Shown here: piece after piece, positions 28,818 through 39,650 of the stretch
Layout: every line of letters starts with the position of its first letter
How positions within the stretch are numbered: the first letter of the stretch is position 1
Made by a program: the position numbers and the translations under genes
Source: Thermodesulfobacteriota bacterium
GTDB taxonomy: Bacteria > Desulfobacterota > Binatia > Bin18
Direction of reading: 5' to 3'
Length of the DNA: 64,000 bases
NCBI GenBank assembly: GCA_964291405.2
Contig: OZ219926.1
Span: 1,376,001 to 1,440,000 of the forward strand
Notes under the pieces: generated by a model
What the model was told of the DNA's origin: nothing
Seen by the model: only the letters and a program-made list of their open reading frames with translations
Database searches by the model: none

Positions 28818-30500
28818 ATGGCTGACACACAACTCAATCGTACCAGCGCCCACATCACCCAGCCCAAGTCGCAAGGGGCGTCTCAAGCTATGCTGTACGC
28901 CACGGGGCTGACCGAAGCCGATATGCAGCGCGCCCAAGTCGGTATCGCCAGCGTGTGGTTCGACGGCAATCCGTGCAACATGCACCTGGGCGACATCGCC
29001 ACGAAGGTCAAAGAGGGCGTGGTTGCCGCCGACATGGTCGGGATGCGTTTCAACACGGTTGGGGTGTCCGACGGCATTTCTATGGGCACGAGCGGCATGA
29101 GTTTCTCGCTGCAATCGCGCGACCTCATCGCCGACTCCATCGAAACCGTTATGGGTGCGCAATGGTATGACGGCCTCATCACCATCCCCGGCTGCGACAA
29201 AAATATGCCCGGCGTCATCATGGCGATGGGACGTGTGAATCGCCCGGCCTTGATGATCTACGGCGGCACCATCCGCCCCGGTCACAGCGGCGGTAAGACG
29301 CTCGATATCGTGTCGGCGTTCCAGTGCTATGGCCAGTATATTGCCAAAACCATCACCGACGCCGAGCGCCAGGATGTCGTCCGCCATGCCTGCCCCGGCG
29401 CCGGGGCGTGTGGCGGCATGTACACCGCCAACACCATGGCCTCAGCCATTGAAGCGCTGGGCATGAGCCTGCCGTTCAGCTCCTCGACGCCGGCCACCGA
29501 CTCCGGCAAGCTCGACGAGAGCCTCCGGGCTGGGCAGGCGATGCGCGCCTTGCTGGAGCAGGATATCAAACCGCGCGATATCATGACCCGTCAAGCGTTC
29601 GAAAACGCCATGGTCATGGTCATGGCGCTCGGCGGCTCGACCAACGCCGTGCTGCATCTGATCGCTATGGCTCGCGCTGTTGACGTGGTCCTCACCATCG
29701 ACGACTTCCAGGCGGTGAGTGACCGCGTGCCGTATGTGGCCGACCTCAAGCCCAGCGGCAAGTACGTGATGGAAGATCTGCATAATATCGGCGGCACTCC
29801 GGCAGTGATGCAGTACCTCCTGGACAAAGGGCTGCTGCATGGTGACTGCCTCACGGTGACGGGTAAGACCCTGGCCGAAAACCTGCGGGATCTTCCTGGC
29901 CTCCCGGAAGAACAGGACATTATTCAGCCGATTGAGCGTCCGATTAAAGAGACGGGGCATATTTGTATTCTCAAGGGCAATCTCGCGCCAGGCGGGGCGG
30001 TGGGCAAAATCACCGGCAAAGAAGGTTTGGTTTTCACCGGACCGGCCAAGGTCTTCGACTCGGAAGAGGACATGCTGCACGCGCTCGAACGCCAGGAGAT
30101 CAAACACGGCGATGTCGTGGTCATTCGCTACGAGGGTCCGAAAGGCGGACCGGGTATGCCGGAAATGTTGACCCCCACGTCAGCCCTGGTGGGTGCCGGT
30201 CTGGGTGGTGGCGTCGCGCTCTTGACCGATGGACGTTTTTCCGGAGGCTCGCACGGTTTCCTCATCGGTCATATTGTCCCCGAAGCGCAGGAAGGCGGCC
30301 CGATCGGCCTGATTAAGGACGGCGATATCATCACCATTGATGCGGAGCAAAACATCCTCGACGTTGCCGTCAGCGACGAGGAGATGGCACGCCGTCAGGC
30401 ACAGTGGACCATGCCGCCGTACAAGGCGACGCGCGGGACGCTGTACAAGTATATCAAGAGCGTGAAAAACGCCTCCGAAGGCTGCGTGACGGACGAATAA
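28818..30500 (+). CDS. ilvD: Dihydroxy-acid dehydratase
   Basis: [47 protein letters not shown]. Confidence 0.97.
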   Translation: MADTQLNRTSAHITQPKSQGASQAMLYATGLTEADMQRAQVGIASVWFDGNPCNMHLGDIATKVKEGVVAADMVGMRFNTVGVSDGISMGTSGMSFSLQSRDLIADSIETVMGAQWYDGLITIPGCDKNMPGVIMAMGRVNRPALMIYGGTIRPGHSGGKTLDIVSAFQCYGQYIAKTITDAERQDVVRHACPGAGACGGMYTANTMASAIEALGMSLPFSSSTPATDSGKLDESLRAGQAMRALLEQDIKPRDIMTRQAFENAMVMVMALGGSTNAVLHLIAMARAVDVVLTIDDFQAVSDRVPYVADLKPSGKYVMEDLHNIGGTPAVMQYLLDKGLLHGDCLTVTGKTLAENLRDLPGLPEEQDIIQPIERPIKETGHICILKGNLAPGGAVGKITGKEGLVFTGPAKVFDSEEDMLHALERQEIKHGDVVVIRYEGPKGGPGMPEMLTPTSALVGAGLGGGVALLTDGRFSGGSHGFLIGHIVPEAQEGGPIGLIKDGDIITIDAEQNILDVAVSDEEMARRQAQWTMPPYKATRGTLYKYIKSVKNASEGCVTDE

Positions 30501-30589
30501 ATTCTCTGCGCCTCTCCGGCTAACGGCTTGTCGCCTCACCAGGGCGTCTGCTTGTTGAGCCGGCTTCTTGGCGGGCTTCCACCAGCCTT

Positions 30590-30672
30590 GTAGGTCGGCT
30601 TACGCCTACGGCTAAGCCGACATGGCGGGGGCGGGGAGGAGTGTCGGATTACGCTTCGCTAATCCGACCTAC
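30590..30672. repeat. GTAG-family REP doublet (REPIN)
   Basis: GTAGGTCGGCTTACGCCTACGGCTAAGCCGACA ... TGTCGGATTACGCTTCGCTAATCCGACCTAC, inverted pair of palindromes. Confidence 0.8.
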
Positions 30673-30738
30673 TGACTCATCGGTGAGAGCCACGGCTCCG
30701 TCTTCCAAATACTCAGCATCCAGATCGAAACGCCGCTT

Positions 30739-30780
30739 ATAGGCCACACGACCTGTGCGATAGGCCACACGACCTGTGCT
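30739..30780. repeat. 21-bp tandem duplication
   Basis: ATAGGCCACACGACCTGTGC(G/T) twice. Confidence 0.9.
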
Positions 30781-31035
30781 GTGTCACAACTCGCGTACGG
30801 AGTGCCGCTTCATCACGGGTCAGAGCCTGCTCTCGGAGCCGTTGTACTCCCGTGCGTATCGTTGGACAAGCAGCGCCGCCTCCGTAAGCGTGGAATTGAG
30901 GCCACAGCCTTGCACTCGTCACGTTTGACAACTAAAGAAAACAGTGAGGGTCATACCACGGAATGAGGAGATCTTGGCTCTGAACTCACGTAGCGTGAGG
31001 GTAGATGCAGAGCGTTCTGAGGAGGATTTACGCGC

Positions 31036-31866
31036 ATGAGTTATATCGACGTCGTCGAGAAAATCGACGTGCCAAGACCGCACAAGCATTATACCGAGCC
31101 CCATTTTGAAGAGGTGCTTGGCCTTCCGATCGCGTATCGCCGCGAGGGGGCGGGCGAAGCGACGGTTTTGTTTCACGGGGCCGGCTTCACACGCATGTGG
31201 CTTCCATTCTATGCCATGCTTGCAGAAAAACTGGACTTCGTTGCCCCCGAGTGCCCCGGTTTTGGAGAAACGCCACTGCCGCAGTGGGTGCGTGGTTTCG
31301 ATGATCTCGCCATCCTCTATGACCAGTTGTTCGAGCAGCTTGGACTCTCCCACATCCACCTCATTGGCTTTTCGATGGGGGGCTGGGCAGCCGCCGAGTT
31401 CGCTTCGTTTTATCCACGCCGGCTCAAATCGCTCTCGCTCATCACCCCGGTTGGACTGCGTCTTGAAGACGATCCCGGAGTCGACATTTTTCAGCTCTCC
31501 CCACCCGAAGTCATGGACCGTCTATTCAAGGACAAGGACGTGATGCAGGAATGGTTACCGGACGGGGAGGATTTCGATGAAGGCATTCATATGTATAGTG
31601 AATTCTCTGCCGCGGCGCGCCTCATGTGGGCACCGCGTTACAACCTCAAGCTCGAACACCGCCTCCAGCGACTGACCTGTCCAACCCAGGTCATTGGGGC
31701 CGAAGAAGACCGCCTTGTCCCGAACGCCATGTCGGATAAATTTGCCGCAGTATTACCGAACTGCCGACTGATCCGCATCGCGGGCACCGGCCACGAACCA
31801 CTTTTGGAACGGCCGCGTGAACTCGCCGCTATTCTGACGGTTTTTATCGAGGAGGCGACACAATGA
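31036..31866 (+). CDS. Alpha/beta hydrolase
   Basis: HGAG, PGFG, GFSMGG, EDRLVP, GH; ATGA overlap with the next gene. Confidence 0.9.
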   Translation: MSYIDVVEKIDVPRPHKHYTEPHFEEVLGLPIAYRREGAGEATVLFHGAGFTRMWLPFYAMLAEKLDFVAPECPGFGETPLPQWVRGFDDLAILYDQLFEQLGLSHIHLIGFSMGGWAAAEFASFYPRRLKSLSLITPVGLRLEDDPGVDIFQLSPPEVMDRLFKDKDVMQEWLPDGEDFDEGIHMYSEFSAAARLMWAPRYNLKLEHRLQRLTCPTQVIGAEEDRLVPNAMSDKFAAVLPNCRLIRIAGTGHEPLLERPRELAAILTVFIEEATQ

Positions 31867-33200
31867 ACAAGCTGCGTTTTTATTTCTTTCACTTGATGCC
31901 CTACCCCCACATTCCGCCGGCGTCTGAAATCCAGTCAACCTGGGTGTCGTTGTCGAATAAGCATTATGACCCCCATCGCGGCCACTCGCTGTACAACGAA
32001 TACCTCGACCAACTCTCCGCTGCTGAACAATTCGGTTTCGACGCGATTGCCGTCAACGAACATCACGCGAATTTCTACGGCACGATGCCGTCGCCAAATA
32101 TTATCGCCGCGATGCTGGTGCAGCGGACGAAAGAAATCCCGATCGGCATTATCGGCAATGCCATCCCCCTGCATGGCAACCCCCTGCGGGTCGCCGAGGA
32201 AATCGCCATGCTCGACGTTATTTCGGGCGGTCGCATTATTTCAGGCTTTGTGCGCGGCATCGGGTGTGAATATTTCAACAACGGGATCGCGCCGGCCGAT
32301 TCGCTGGAACGCTTCAATGAAGCCCATGACCTGATCCTCAAGGCCTGGACTGATGACGGCCCGTTTACCTGGCAGGGCGAGCATTTCTACGTCCCGAATG
32401 TCAATCCAATTCCGCGTCCGATTCAGCAACCCCATCCGCCGATCTGGATCCCAGGCCAAGGCTCGCTCGAAACGTTACAGTTCATTGCGGAACACAAATA
32501 CACCTATATGATGGTGTTCTCTCCCTTGTGGTTCACCAAGATGGCGTTCGACGGCCTGCGGGAAGAGTGTCATCGGCTCGGTTACGACGCACCCAAGAGT
32601 ATGTTCAACGCCTGCGTACCAACCTACGTGGCCGAGACCGACGAGCAAGCGCACCGCGAGGCGAAAGCCCACCTGTCGTGGGTCTTCAACACCGGGCTCA
32701 AAATCCCTGACCAATTCTTTTTCCCGCCGGGCTATATGTCGACCAAGTCGTTTCGCAACTTCATCGGCTTGCTGCAAAAAGGGAAGGTCAAACCGCAAGT
32801 CAACCTGACCTATGACGAGCTGATCGCCGATCGCTATATCATTGTCGGCTCTCCGGAGACGGTCAAGAACGAACTCGGCTACTACTGCGACGAAGTGGGC
32901 GCGGGTGGTATGATCGGCCCGGGCTCGCCCTACGGACCGATGCCGAACTGGATGGTCATGAAGCACATGCAGATCGTTTCCGAGGAAGTCATGCCCGAAT
33001 TCCGCGAAGCCGACGGCTTGCCGGACTACCAGCGAGCCGAACCGAACTCACAACGCTCGCGTGCCGAACTCGCCGCAGTCAAAGGCAAACCGGAAGAAAC
33101 TGCCCGCTCTCGGGTGACGGGCGGCGGCGACAGACTGATCGAACACCGCCTGGCCCACGTTGCAGAGGTGATTGATCCGACAATGGAACACGCACAGTGA
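31863..33200 (+). CDS. LLM-class flavin-dependent monooxygenase
   Basis: NEHH, PSPN, RVAEEIAMLDVISGGR, PRPIQQPHPPIW. Confidence 0.92.
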   Translation: MNKLRFYFFHLMPYPHIPPASEIQSTWVSLSNKHYDPHRGHSLYNEYLDQLSAAEQFGFDAIAVNEHHANFYGTMPSPNIIAAMLVQRTKEIPIGIIGNAIPLHGNPLRVAEEIAMLDVISGGRIISGFVRGIGCEYFNNGIAPADSLERFNEAHDLILKAWTDDGPFTWQGEHFYVPNVNPIPRPIQQPHPPIWIPGQGSLETLQFIAEHKYTYMMVFSPLWFTKMAFDGLREECHRLGYDAPKSMFNACVPTYVAETDEQAHREAKAHLSWVFNTGLKIPDQFFFPPGYMSTKSFRNFIGLLQKGKVKPQVNLTYDELIADRYIIVGSPETVKNELGYYCDEVGAGGMIGPGSPYGPMPNWMVMKHMQIVSEEVMPEFREADGLPDYQRAEPNSQRSRAELAAVKGKPEETARSRVTGGGDRLIEHRLAHVAEVIDPTMEHAQ

Positions 33201-33387
33201 AGCGGACCCGACAATACCCACAACGGCCTTCCGGCGGGGCGACAGCGATGCTATGAGTCGAGAGCCTGCGCAGGAAGCGCCACGCGAAGGCCCGCGGGGC
33301 ATCATCCCCAGAGCAAGCGCGAGGAGAAGGTGTCGCGGGCCGAAAACGAAGGCTTGAGCTGACCACAATCCGTTGAGGGAACCCTAG

Positions 33388-34716
33388 ATGCAAATCGGAT
33401 ATTTCACCGAACGACCGTATCGCTGGCTGCCCGAAGAGCTCGTTTTGAAGAATCGGGCGTTTTTCGCCATATCGAACGAGCATTTCGACCGCGAAAAGGC
33501 GGCCGACGACTACAATTACTACCTCGACGAGTATTGCTACGCCGAGGACCTGGGCTTCGATGCCCTGGCCCTGAATGAGCATCATGGCAACCCGATCTGC
33601 ATGGGATCGGTCATGAATGTCGAAGCCTCTATCCTGGCTCGGATTACCAGCAAGGCCAAGATCGTCCTGGTCGGAAACCCGCTGCCGGTACTGAAGCATC
33701 CGCTGCGGATGGCCGAAGAGCTGGCCGAGATCGATCTCATCTCACGCGGCCGCCTGGTCACCGGCTGGGTGCGCGGCGCGGGCAGCGAGCAGTTCTTCAA
33801 TAACGCCAATCCGGCCTATAATCGCGAGCTGTTCAACGAGGCCCACGACTTTATTGTGCAGGCCTGGACCAAGCCGGGACCGTGGCGCTACGAGGGCAAA
33901 CATTTTCATTATCGCCACGTAAATCCGTGGGCGCTGCCCTACCAGAAACCCTATCCGCCGATGTGGATTCCCGGAACGCTGAGCCCCGAGACCGTCGAGT
34001 GGTCTGCCGCACATCGGTATCCGTATATCGGGCTTGGCACCCCGCTCCCGGCCACGTGCGAGCTGTGGGACTTCTACGCGGACGAAGCGGCCAAGCATGG
34101 TTATCAGGCCGGGCCGGAGAATTTCGGCTATATGGTCGCAACGGCCGTGGGAGAGACGGAGGAGAAAGCGCAGCAGGCCGCGGCGGGGTTCGTCTACGGG
34201 GGCGGGCAGAATGCCTTCTCGGGGGCGGAATTTATGATGCCGCCGGGCTACAACTCGAAAGCGGCCATTCGCAACTTGGCGAAGACCCAGACCAGCGCGT
34301 GGCTGGGGATCAGCGGCCAGAAGCTGAAGGAGCAGAAGCAGGATGTCGCGGGCGATATCGATTACGCTGCCATCCGGGGCAAGCTGCAGTCAGCGTTGGA
34401 GCGCGGGCAGCAGAATATGCAGGTGATTGTCGGCACGCCCACGACCGTGATCCCTAAAATCAAGGCGCTCATGAGCGTCCTGCGGGTCGGAATCTTCATC
34501 ATCCTGCACCTGCAGGGACCGCACGGTGATGACGAGCGGCGCACCAGCATGCGCTTATTCGCGGAAGAGGTGATACCGGCGCTCAAGGACCACGCGCGGG
34601 CGATCGATCTGACGGACCCGTTTGAGCGTTCGCCCGGCTCGGTGAGCTTGGGAGCCGGGACCAAGCGGGCGCCCGTCGCGGACCGCAGCCCACTATCCGG
34701 GTTGGGATTCCACTAG
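33388..34716 (+). CDS. LLM-class flavin-dependent monooxygenase
   Basis: NEHH, RMAEELAEIDLISRGR, PYQKPYPPMW. Confidence 0.92.
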   Translation: MQIGYFTERPYRWLPEELVLKNRAFFAISNEHFDREKAADDYNYYLDEYCYAEDLGFDALALNEHHGNPICMGSVMNVEASILARITSKAKIVLVGNPLPVLKHPLRMAEELAEIDLISRGRLVTGWVRGAGSEQFFNNANPAYNRELFNEAHDFIVQAWTKPGPWRYEGKHFHYRHVNPWALPYQKPYPPMWIPGTLSPETVEWSAAHRYPYIGLGTPLPATCELWDFYADEAAKHGYQAGPENFGYMVATAVGETEEKAQQAAAGFVYGGGQNAFSGAEFMMPPGYNSKAAIRNLAKTQTSAWLGISGQKLKEQKQDVAGDIDYAAIRGKLQSALERGQQNMQVIVGTPTTVIPKIKALMSVLRVGIFIILHLQGPHGDDERRTSMRLFAEEVIPALKDHARAIDLTDPFERSPGSVSLGAGTKRAPVADRSPLSGLGFH

Positions 34717-34955
34717 CCCACCGGTGGTGTTCCCGGCCGAGACGGAGAGCATCAGCAGGTGCTGGCAAGTTATTAGAGCAGAATGTGGACTTCCGTCGTG
34801 TGAGCTCAGATGGGGCTTCTCCTTAGGCTGTGGACAGGCCTACCGTTGTCGCCAAGTCGTAAACGCTCGATCTCGATACCCCGACAACTTGAAAAGACCC
34901 TTGCCAAGACAAACCCGGTGTGACACGATCGGCTATCTTTAACTGGAGGGTATTT

Positions 34956-36230
34956 ATGGGGCTCAATAGCATCGAGAACAACACTGTGGGGGTTACGGAG
35001 AGCGTTTCATCGGCCTATGTGCCTCCTCTCCAACTCACCGTCGGGCAGCCGACACCCATCGCGGCGAACGGTGGTTTATCTTACATGTCGTTCGACCGGG
35101 ACGGGGACGCGGGAACCGCGGCGGCGATCGAAGCGGCGCTCCGCCAGATTAGGGAGGGGGAAGAGCAGGCGGTCATCGACATGATCGAGAGCGCTCCTCC
35201 TGGCCCGATCGAGACCAGGTGGGGTCTTGGGTTTCGGAGCTACGACGAGTGTCTGGACTATATTCGGGCGAACAACATCCAGGCTCCCGAAGGCGGCGTT
35301 GCACTGCCGCTGCCCTACACCATCCTCGAGCAGCCGTCCTACTCCATCGTCTCGTCCAACGCCATCTGGCGGGACCCGGCGCGTGCGGATGTGGCCAAAA
35401 TGTTTCGCAAGGAGGGGCAGAACATCAGTAGGGGATGTCTCTATTTTCCGCAAATCCTGCGCGATGCGCGCCGGATGGCAGAGTACTACCCCGGTCTCTC
35501 GCCCACGAGCCCCGAGTGTATGGACAAGCTCGGCGTCTCGCTCGCTCATATCGAATCGAAATGCCAGAATTTCTACGACGCCGCCGAGGTGGAGCGCGTC
35601 TTCTACCCGGAGATCGAGAAACTCCTGCTCGATTTCTTCCCCGGTGCGACCGACGCGTTCGTGTACAACCACGGCCTGTTTGACAAGGACTACACGGGCC
35701 CCGTCAAGGAAGATCAGGACAACAAGGACCCGGGGGTCAATACTTACTACGCCGATATCGTCCACAACGACCTGAACGACAACAGCGGCCGCGTGCGGTG
35801 CCGCGAACTGCTGACGAAGAACCTGCGCAACTTTGGGCGCCGGCAGCACTACACCGAGGCGGAGGCCGACGCAAAGATGTCGCGGCGGTTCATGTCGATC
35901 AACCTGGCCAAGCCGATGGAGACCGTGGGCCAGCACCCCTTTGTCCTGTGCGCCTGGCCGTCGTTTGCCGACCAGCCGTATATCACCAACTACCGGATCT
36001 ATGATGACCGCGTGGGCGAGACCACCCGCTTCACCTACCGTCCCAACCACGAGTGGTACTGGTTGCCGCAGCAGACATCGACCGAAGTGTCGATGCTCAA
36101 GTGTTACGACTCGGTCACCGACGGCTCGGTGTCGCGTTGGTCGTTCCACTCGGCCTGCATCGACCCGACTGCACCCAAGGACGCCCCGTGCCGCAAGAAC
36201 GTCGTCGTGCGCTCCTATATCTTCTTCTAG
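34956..36230 (+). CDS. CmcJ/NvfI/AsaB-like Fe(II) oxidoreductase with N-terminal extension
   Basis: FYPEIE, VHND, P.H.WYW.PQQ...EV..LKCYDS, HSA..DP.AP.DAP.R..V.VR. Confidence 0.75.
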   Translation: MGLNSIENNTVGVTESVSSAYVPPLQLTVGQPTPIAANGGLSYMSFDRDGDAGTAAAIEAALRQIREGEEQAVIDMIESAPPGPIETRWGLGFRSYDECLDYIRANNIQAPEGGVALPLPYTILEQPSYSIVSSNAIWRDPARADVAKMFRKEGQNISRGCLYFPQILRDARRMAEYYPGLSPTSPECMDKLGVSLAHIESKCQNFYDAAEVERVFYPEIEKLLLDFFPGATDAFVYNHGLFDKDYTGPVKEDQDNKDPGVNTYYADIVHNDLNDNSGRVRCRELLTKNLRNFGRRQHYTEAEADAKMSRRFMSINLAKPMETVGQHPFVLCAWPSFADQPYITNYRIYDDRVGETTRFTYRPNHEWYWLPQQTSTEVSMLKCYDSVTDGSVSRWSFHSACIDPTAPKDAPCRKNVVVRSYIFF

Positions 36231-36242
36231 GGAGACCCGCAC

Positions 36243-37190
36243 ATGAAAATCGGTGCCCTGACCCCTACCTGGACCGGCTCACTTGCCGGGCAAACGCCGA
36301 CGATCCAACAGTCCTTGGCGTTTGCCCGACATGCGGAAGCCATCGGCCTCGACAGCATTTGGCTGACCGACCATCTGTATTGGGAAGCCTATGCCGACTT
36401 CCGCGCGGTGGGAATCGAGTTGCCGGCGGAATGGGAGGGAGTCAAAGGCGGGCAGTGGGAGTGCTGGACGTTTGCCGCGGCCCTCGCGACGCAAACGTCC
36501 ACGATTCAAATCGGGACCTTGGTCTCCAATACGACCTTCCGGAATCCGGCGTTACTCGCCCGGACGGCGGATAATGTGAGCGCCCTGAGTAACGGCCGTC
36601 TTATTCTCGGCTTGGGGGCCGGTGATTTCACGTCCGAGCATCGCGCGTATGGCTTTGATTTCGAGCGGAATGTCAGCCGCTTTGAGGAGGCGCTCCATAT
36701 CGTCCTGCCCCTGCTCAAAGGTGAGCGTTTCTCCTATACGGGGGAACTGCACCGGGTTGAGGATGCGGAACTGCTGCCGCGTTCCGAGGTCGGGATGCCG
36801 CCGATTTTGATCGGGACATTGAAGGGTAAGCCGCGCATGTCCCGCCTCACGGCGCAATATGCCGATATGTGGAACTGCATGATCGCGTTTAACGATTGCG
36901 CGATCGAGACGTTTCTCGGGGCCTGGGAACCGATCCGCGTGGCCTGCGAACGGCACGGGCGCGATCCCCGGACGCTTTCTCGGGGCGCGACGGTGGCGGT
37001 CAATTTCACTGATGGGCCGTACGAGATTATTCCCACCTCGGTGCCATTCTCCGGTTCGATCCAGCAAATCGCCGATCGTTTTGCCGAGTACGCGGCGCAC
37101 GAGGCAGAGCATGTGTCCGTGATTCCACACCCGTGGAACGAGGAGGGGCTCGATAAACTCGCCGAAGTCGTGGCCTATCTCCGCAAGTAG
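36243..37190 (+). CDS. LLM-class oxidoreductase
   Basis: DSIWLTDH, ECWT, FRNPALLA, SNGRLILGLGAG. Confidence 0.92.
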   Translation: MKIGALTPTWTGSLAGQTPTIQQSLAFARHAEAIGLDSIWLTDHLYWEAYADFRAVGIELPAEWEGVKGGQWECWTFAAALATQTSTIQIGTLVSNTTFRNPALLARTADNVSALSNGRLILGLGAGDFTSEHRAYGFDFERNVSRFEEALHIVLPLLKGERFSYTGELHRVEDAELLPRSEVGMPPILIGTLKGKPRMSRLTAQYADMWNCMIAFNDCAIETFLGAWEPIRVACERHGRDPRTLSRGATVAVNFTDGPYEIIPTSVPFSGSIQQIADRFAEYAAHEAEHVSVIPHPWNEEGLDKLAEVVAYLRK

Positions 37191-37202
37191 GGTGTGATAC
37201 AA

Positions 37203-37275
37203 AAAGGAACCCACCCTGGCCTTCGGCCACCCCTCCAAGGAGGGGAGCAGCACACATCCCCTCTTGGGAGGGGTG
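37203..37275 (+). repeat. REP-like palindromic element
   Basis: AAAGGAACCCACCC..GGCC..CACCCCTCCAAGGAGGGG...ATCCCCTCTTGGGAGGGGTG; direct copy at 39651. Confidence 0.8.
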
Positions 37276-37480
37276 ATGCAAATTACATTACTCGGCGGCC
37301 CCTCGCTCCCCTGCGCAGTTCCTGTCTGTGACAGTGGGCCAGGAGTGCGGGCTTCCAGCCCGCAAGCGGCCAAGATGGCCGCTCTCCCAGGAAACGGGAG
37401 GCTCACGACACAATGTGCATCACCCGTCAAATAGGAAAGAGTCGTATTAACGAAGGCTTACCAGCTCCTCGTATCCGAAG

Positions 37481-38641
37481 TTAGTAGCTCCGCGGCAGGC
37501 CCATCCGTTCGCCCAGGAAATTCTTCACCATCTCGTTTGAGATGGGGCTGAAGGGACCGAGGCGGGCGTCGCGGAAGAGACGTTCCATGGGGGTTTCCTC
37601 GACGAGCCCGTGACCAGCGAGCACACGCATGCAGCGGTCGGTTGCCCGGATCGCCGCTTCGGTGGCGGCCAACTTCGCCATAGCGGCCTCGGAGGCACAC
37701 TCCCTGCCGTTGGATTGCAACCAGGCCGCTTTCTGGGTGAGCAGGCGTATTTGTTCGAGGTCAGTCGCGACGTCGGCCAGCGGATGTTGCAGCGCCTGAT
37801 AACTGCCGATAGGGCGGCCAAAGGCCGTACGCTCTTTGGCATACTCACGCGCCTGATCCAAAACCGCTGCCGTAATACCGACGTACATGGCTGCACACAG
37901 AATGCGCTCTTCGTCGAGAGATGACAGGAGGTGGTACCAGCCGCGGCCCCGCTGGCCGACCATGGCGTCCGCCGGAGCCCGCGCGTCGTCCAGGAAGACT
38001 TCGCAGGTGCAGGCCGCCCGCATTCCCATCAGTTCCAACCGGCGTACCTCGACGCCTGCCTGGTTGCGCGGCGTCAAGATGAGGGACAGCCCACGGGCTC
38101 GTTTGCCTTCGACGTCATCAGTCCGGCACAGCACCAGGATCGCGTCCGCATCGTCAGCGAAAGAGGTAAAGAGCTTTTGGCCGTGGACAACCCACCCGTC
38201 TCCGTCCCGCTCGGCCCGAGTCGTGAGGCCCAGAACGTCCGTGCCACCGCTTGGCTCCGTCATGCCGAATGCCATCAGGAAGTCGCCTGAAGCGAGCCTG
38301 GGAAGCAACTCGGCCTTTTGATCCTGCGACCCATATTCGCGCAGCGTCCGAGCGGTCATGGAGACCAGGAGCCAGTCGGTCGCGAGCGACGGGAAACGGT
38401 AGGCGAGTTCCTCGGTCAGGACGGCAGCCGTCATCACATTGGCGCCACTGCCTCCGAACTCTTCCGGTACGGAAAGGCCCATCCACCCCAGTTCGGCAAA
38501 GCGTTTCCAGAGTGCTCTGGGAATTTTTCGCGACCGGTCCAATTCTCGGATACGGGGTTCGGGCAGCTCCTCCTCAAAAAATCGTCGGACACTGTCGCGG
38601 AGAATGCCGTGCTCTGCAGGCGAATCAAAGTCCATTACCAA
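37481..38641 (-). CDS. Acyl-CoA dehydrogenase family protein
   Basis: PEEFGG, FGMTEP.GGTD, GQKLFTS, EER, R.AFGRPIG..QALQH. Confidence 0.92.
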   Translation of the reverse strand: MVMDFDSPAEHGILRDSVRRFFEEELPEPRIRELDRSRKIPRALWKRFAELGWMGLSVPEEFGGSGANVMTAAVLTEELAYRFPSLATDWLLVSMTARTLREYGSQDQKAELLPRLASGDFLMAFGMTEPSGGTDVLGLTTRAERDGDGWVVHGQKLFTSFADDADAILVLCRTDDVEGKRARGLSLILTPRNQAGVEVRRLELMGMRAACTCEVFLDDARAPADAMVGQRGRGWYHLLSSLDEERILCAAMYVGITAAVLDQAREYAKERTAFGRPIGSYQALQHPLADVATDLEQIRLLTQKAAWLQSNGRECASEAAMAKLAATEAAIRATDRCMRVLAGHGLVEETPMERLFRDARLGPFSPISNEMVKNFLGERMGLPRSY

Positions 38642-38688
38642 GCCCTTCGTTCAGTTGACAGTATCGTCGCCATCCCCCGCGACCGGTC

Positions 38689-39522
38689 TCAACGCAACTG
38701 CAAGAAATGCTCACCCCGGTACAAATCGCCGGCCTTCAGCGAGCCGACATCAAAGGCGCGCAGATCCATGAAGTAGTCGGGTTTGGCGTCCGGGAAGGGC
38801 CGATAGCGGAGATCGTCACCGAAGAAACGCAGCACGACGGTATGGCGGGTCGGGCAGGCGGCATCGACCGGCGCGCCGCCGTGCAACGCCCCGGAATGAA
38901 GCACCACGGCATCACCGGGTTTCAGATCCCAAGAGGCCACGTCCCACGAATTGGGGTCCTCGGCCCGCTCGGCTTCGATGTCCGGCAGGCGCGGAAAATG
39001 CTCGGCGCCCCACAGGGGCCGGGTCGGGTCCTTGGAGTCCATAAACGCCGCTCCATCGTACATGGGGCCGACATGAGAGCTCCTGACGACTTCCAGGGCG
39101 TTCCGAGCCGGCAAGGACTCGAAACTGATCCAGATATTCGCCAGATGAGACCCTTCGGCCGGGAAATAGGGCGTGTCTTGGTGCCACAGGGTCCGGCCCA
39201 CCTCCCCACCGTTTTTGATAAAAATCTCCTCGCCAAAATACCAGACATGCTCCGACCCCCAGAGGTCAGCCAGGAACTCCGCGAAGCCCAGTTTCTTCAG
39301 CACCGGCTCGTAGACTTCGAGTGATTTGGCGGTGCCGAGGTCGTTGTAGTGCGAATCGCTCGTACCTTTGTAGATCTCGAGAGCCGTCGGGCCTGGGTTG
39401 GCGAGGTTGAAGTCCAAACAACGCCGACACTCGGCGAGCTCGGCCGCGCTCAAAAGCCCCTCGGCTTTGATCACCCCATCGCTTGCAAAAGCTTGTCGCA
39501 TCGCTTCGGTTACACGGATCAT
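38689..39522 (-). CDS. Phytanoyl-CoA dioxygenase (PhyH) family Fe(II)/2OG enzyme
   Basis: WHQD, WISF, PGDAVVLH...LHG, R. Confidence 0.9.
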   Translation of the reverse strand: MIRVTEAMRQAFASDGVIKAEGLLSAAELAECRRCLDFNLANPGPTALEIYKGTSDSHYNDLGTAKSLEVYEPVLKKLGFAEFLADLWGSEHVWYFGEEIFIKNGGEVGRTLWHQDTPYFPAEGSHLANIWISFESLPARNALEVVRSSHVGPMYDGAAFMDSKDPTRPLWGAEHFPRLPDIEAERAEDPNSWDVASWDLKPGDAVVLHSGALHGGAPVDAACPTRHTVVLRFFGDDLRYRPFPDAKPDYFMDLRAFDVGSLKAGDLYRGEHFLQLR

Positions 39523-39650
39523 TTTTCGCCTCCTTCGGTGGCGCTCCCATTCGGACCAGCTAGCAGGGCGGAGCGGGTTGTTTGTGTGTTGTTCCTAGCT
39601 CCAAATCCCCTTCCCTTCAAGGTTTCCGTATCTCCACCGCCCGTATTGAT

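Noticed and set aside
30739-30780. CRISPR-like repeat
   Set aside because: Two adjacent copies, no spacer, no cas genes
35076-36242. Long antisense ORFs (also 21802..23154, 57787..58899, 45951..46799 and many shorter ones)
   Set aside because: Shadow frames of well-supported GC-rich genes; no recognisable motifs
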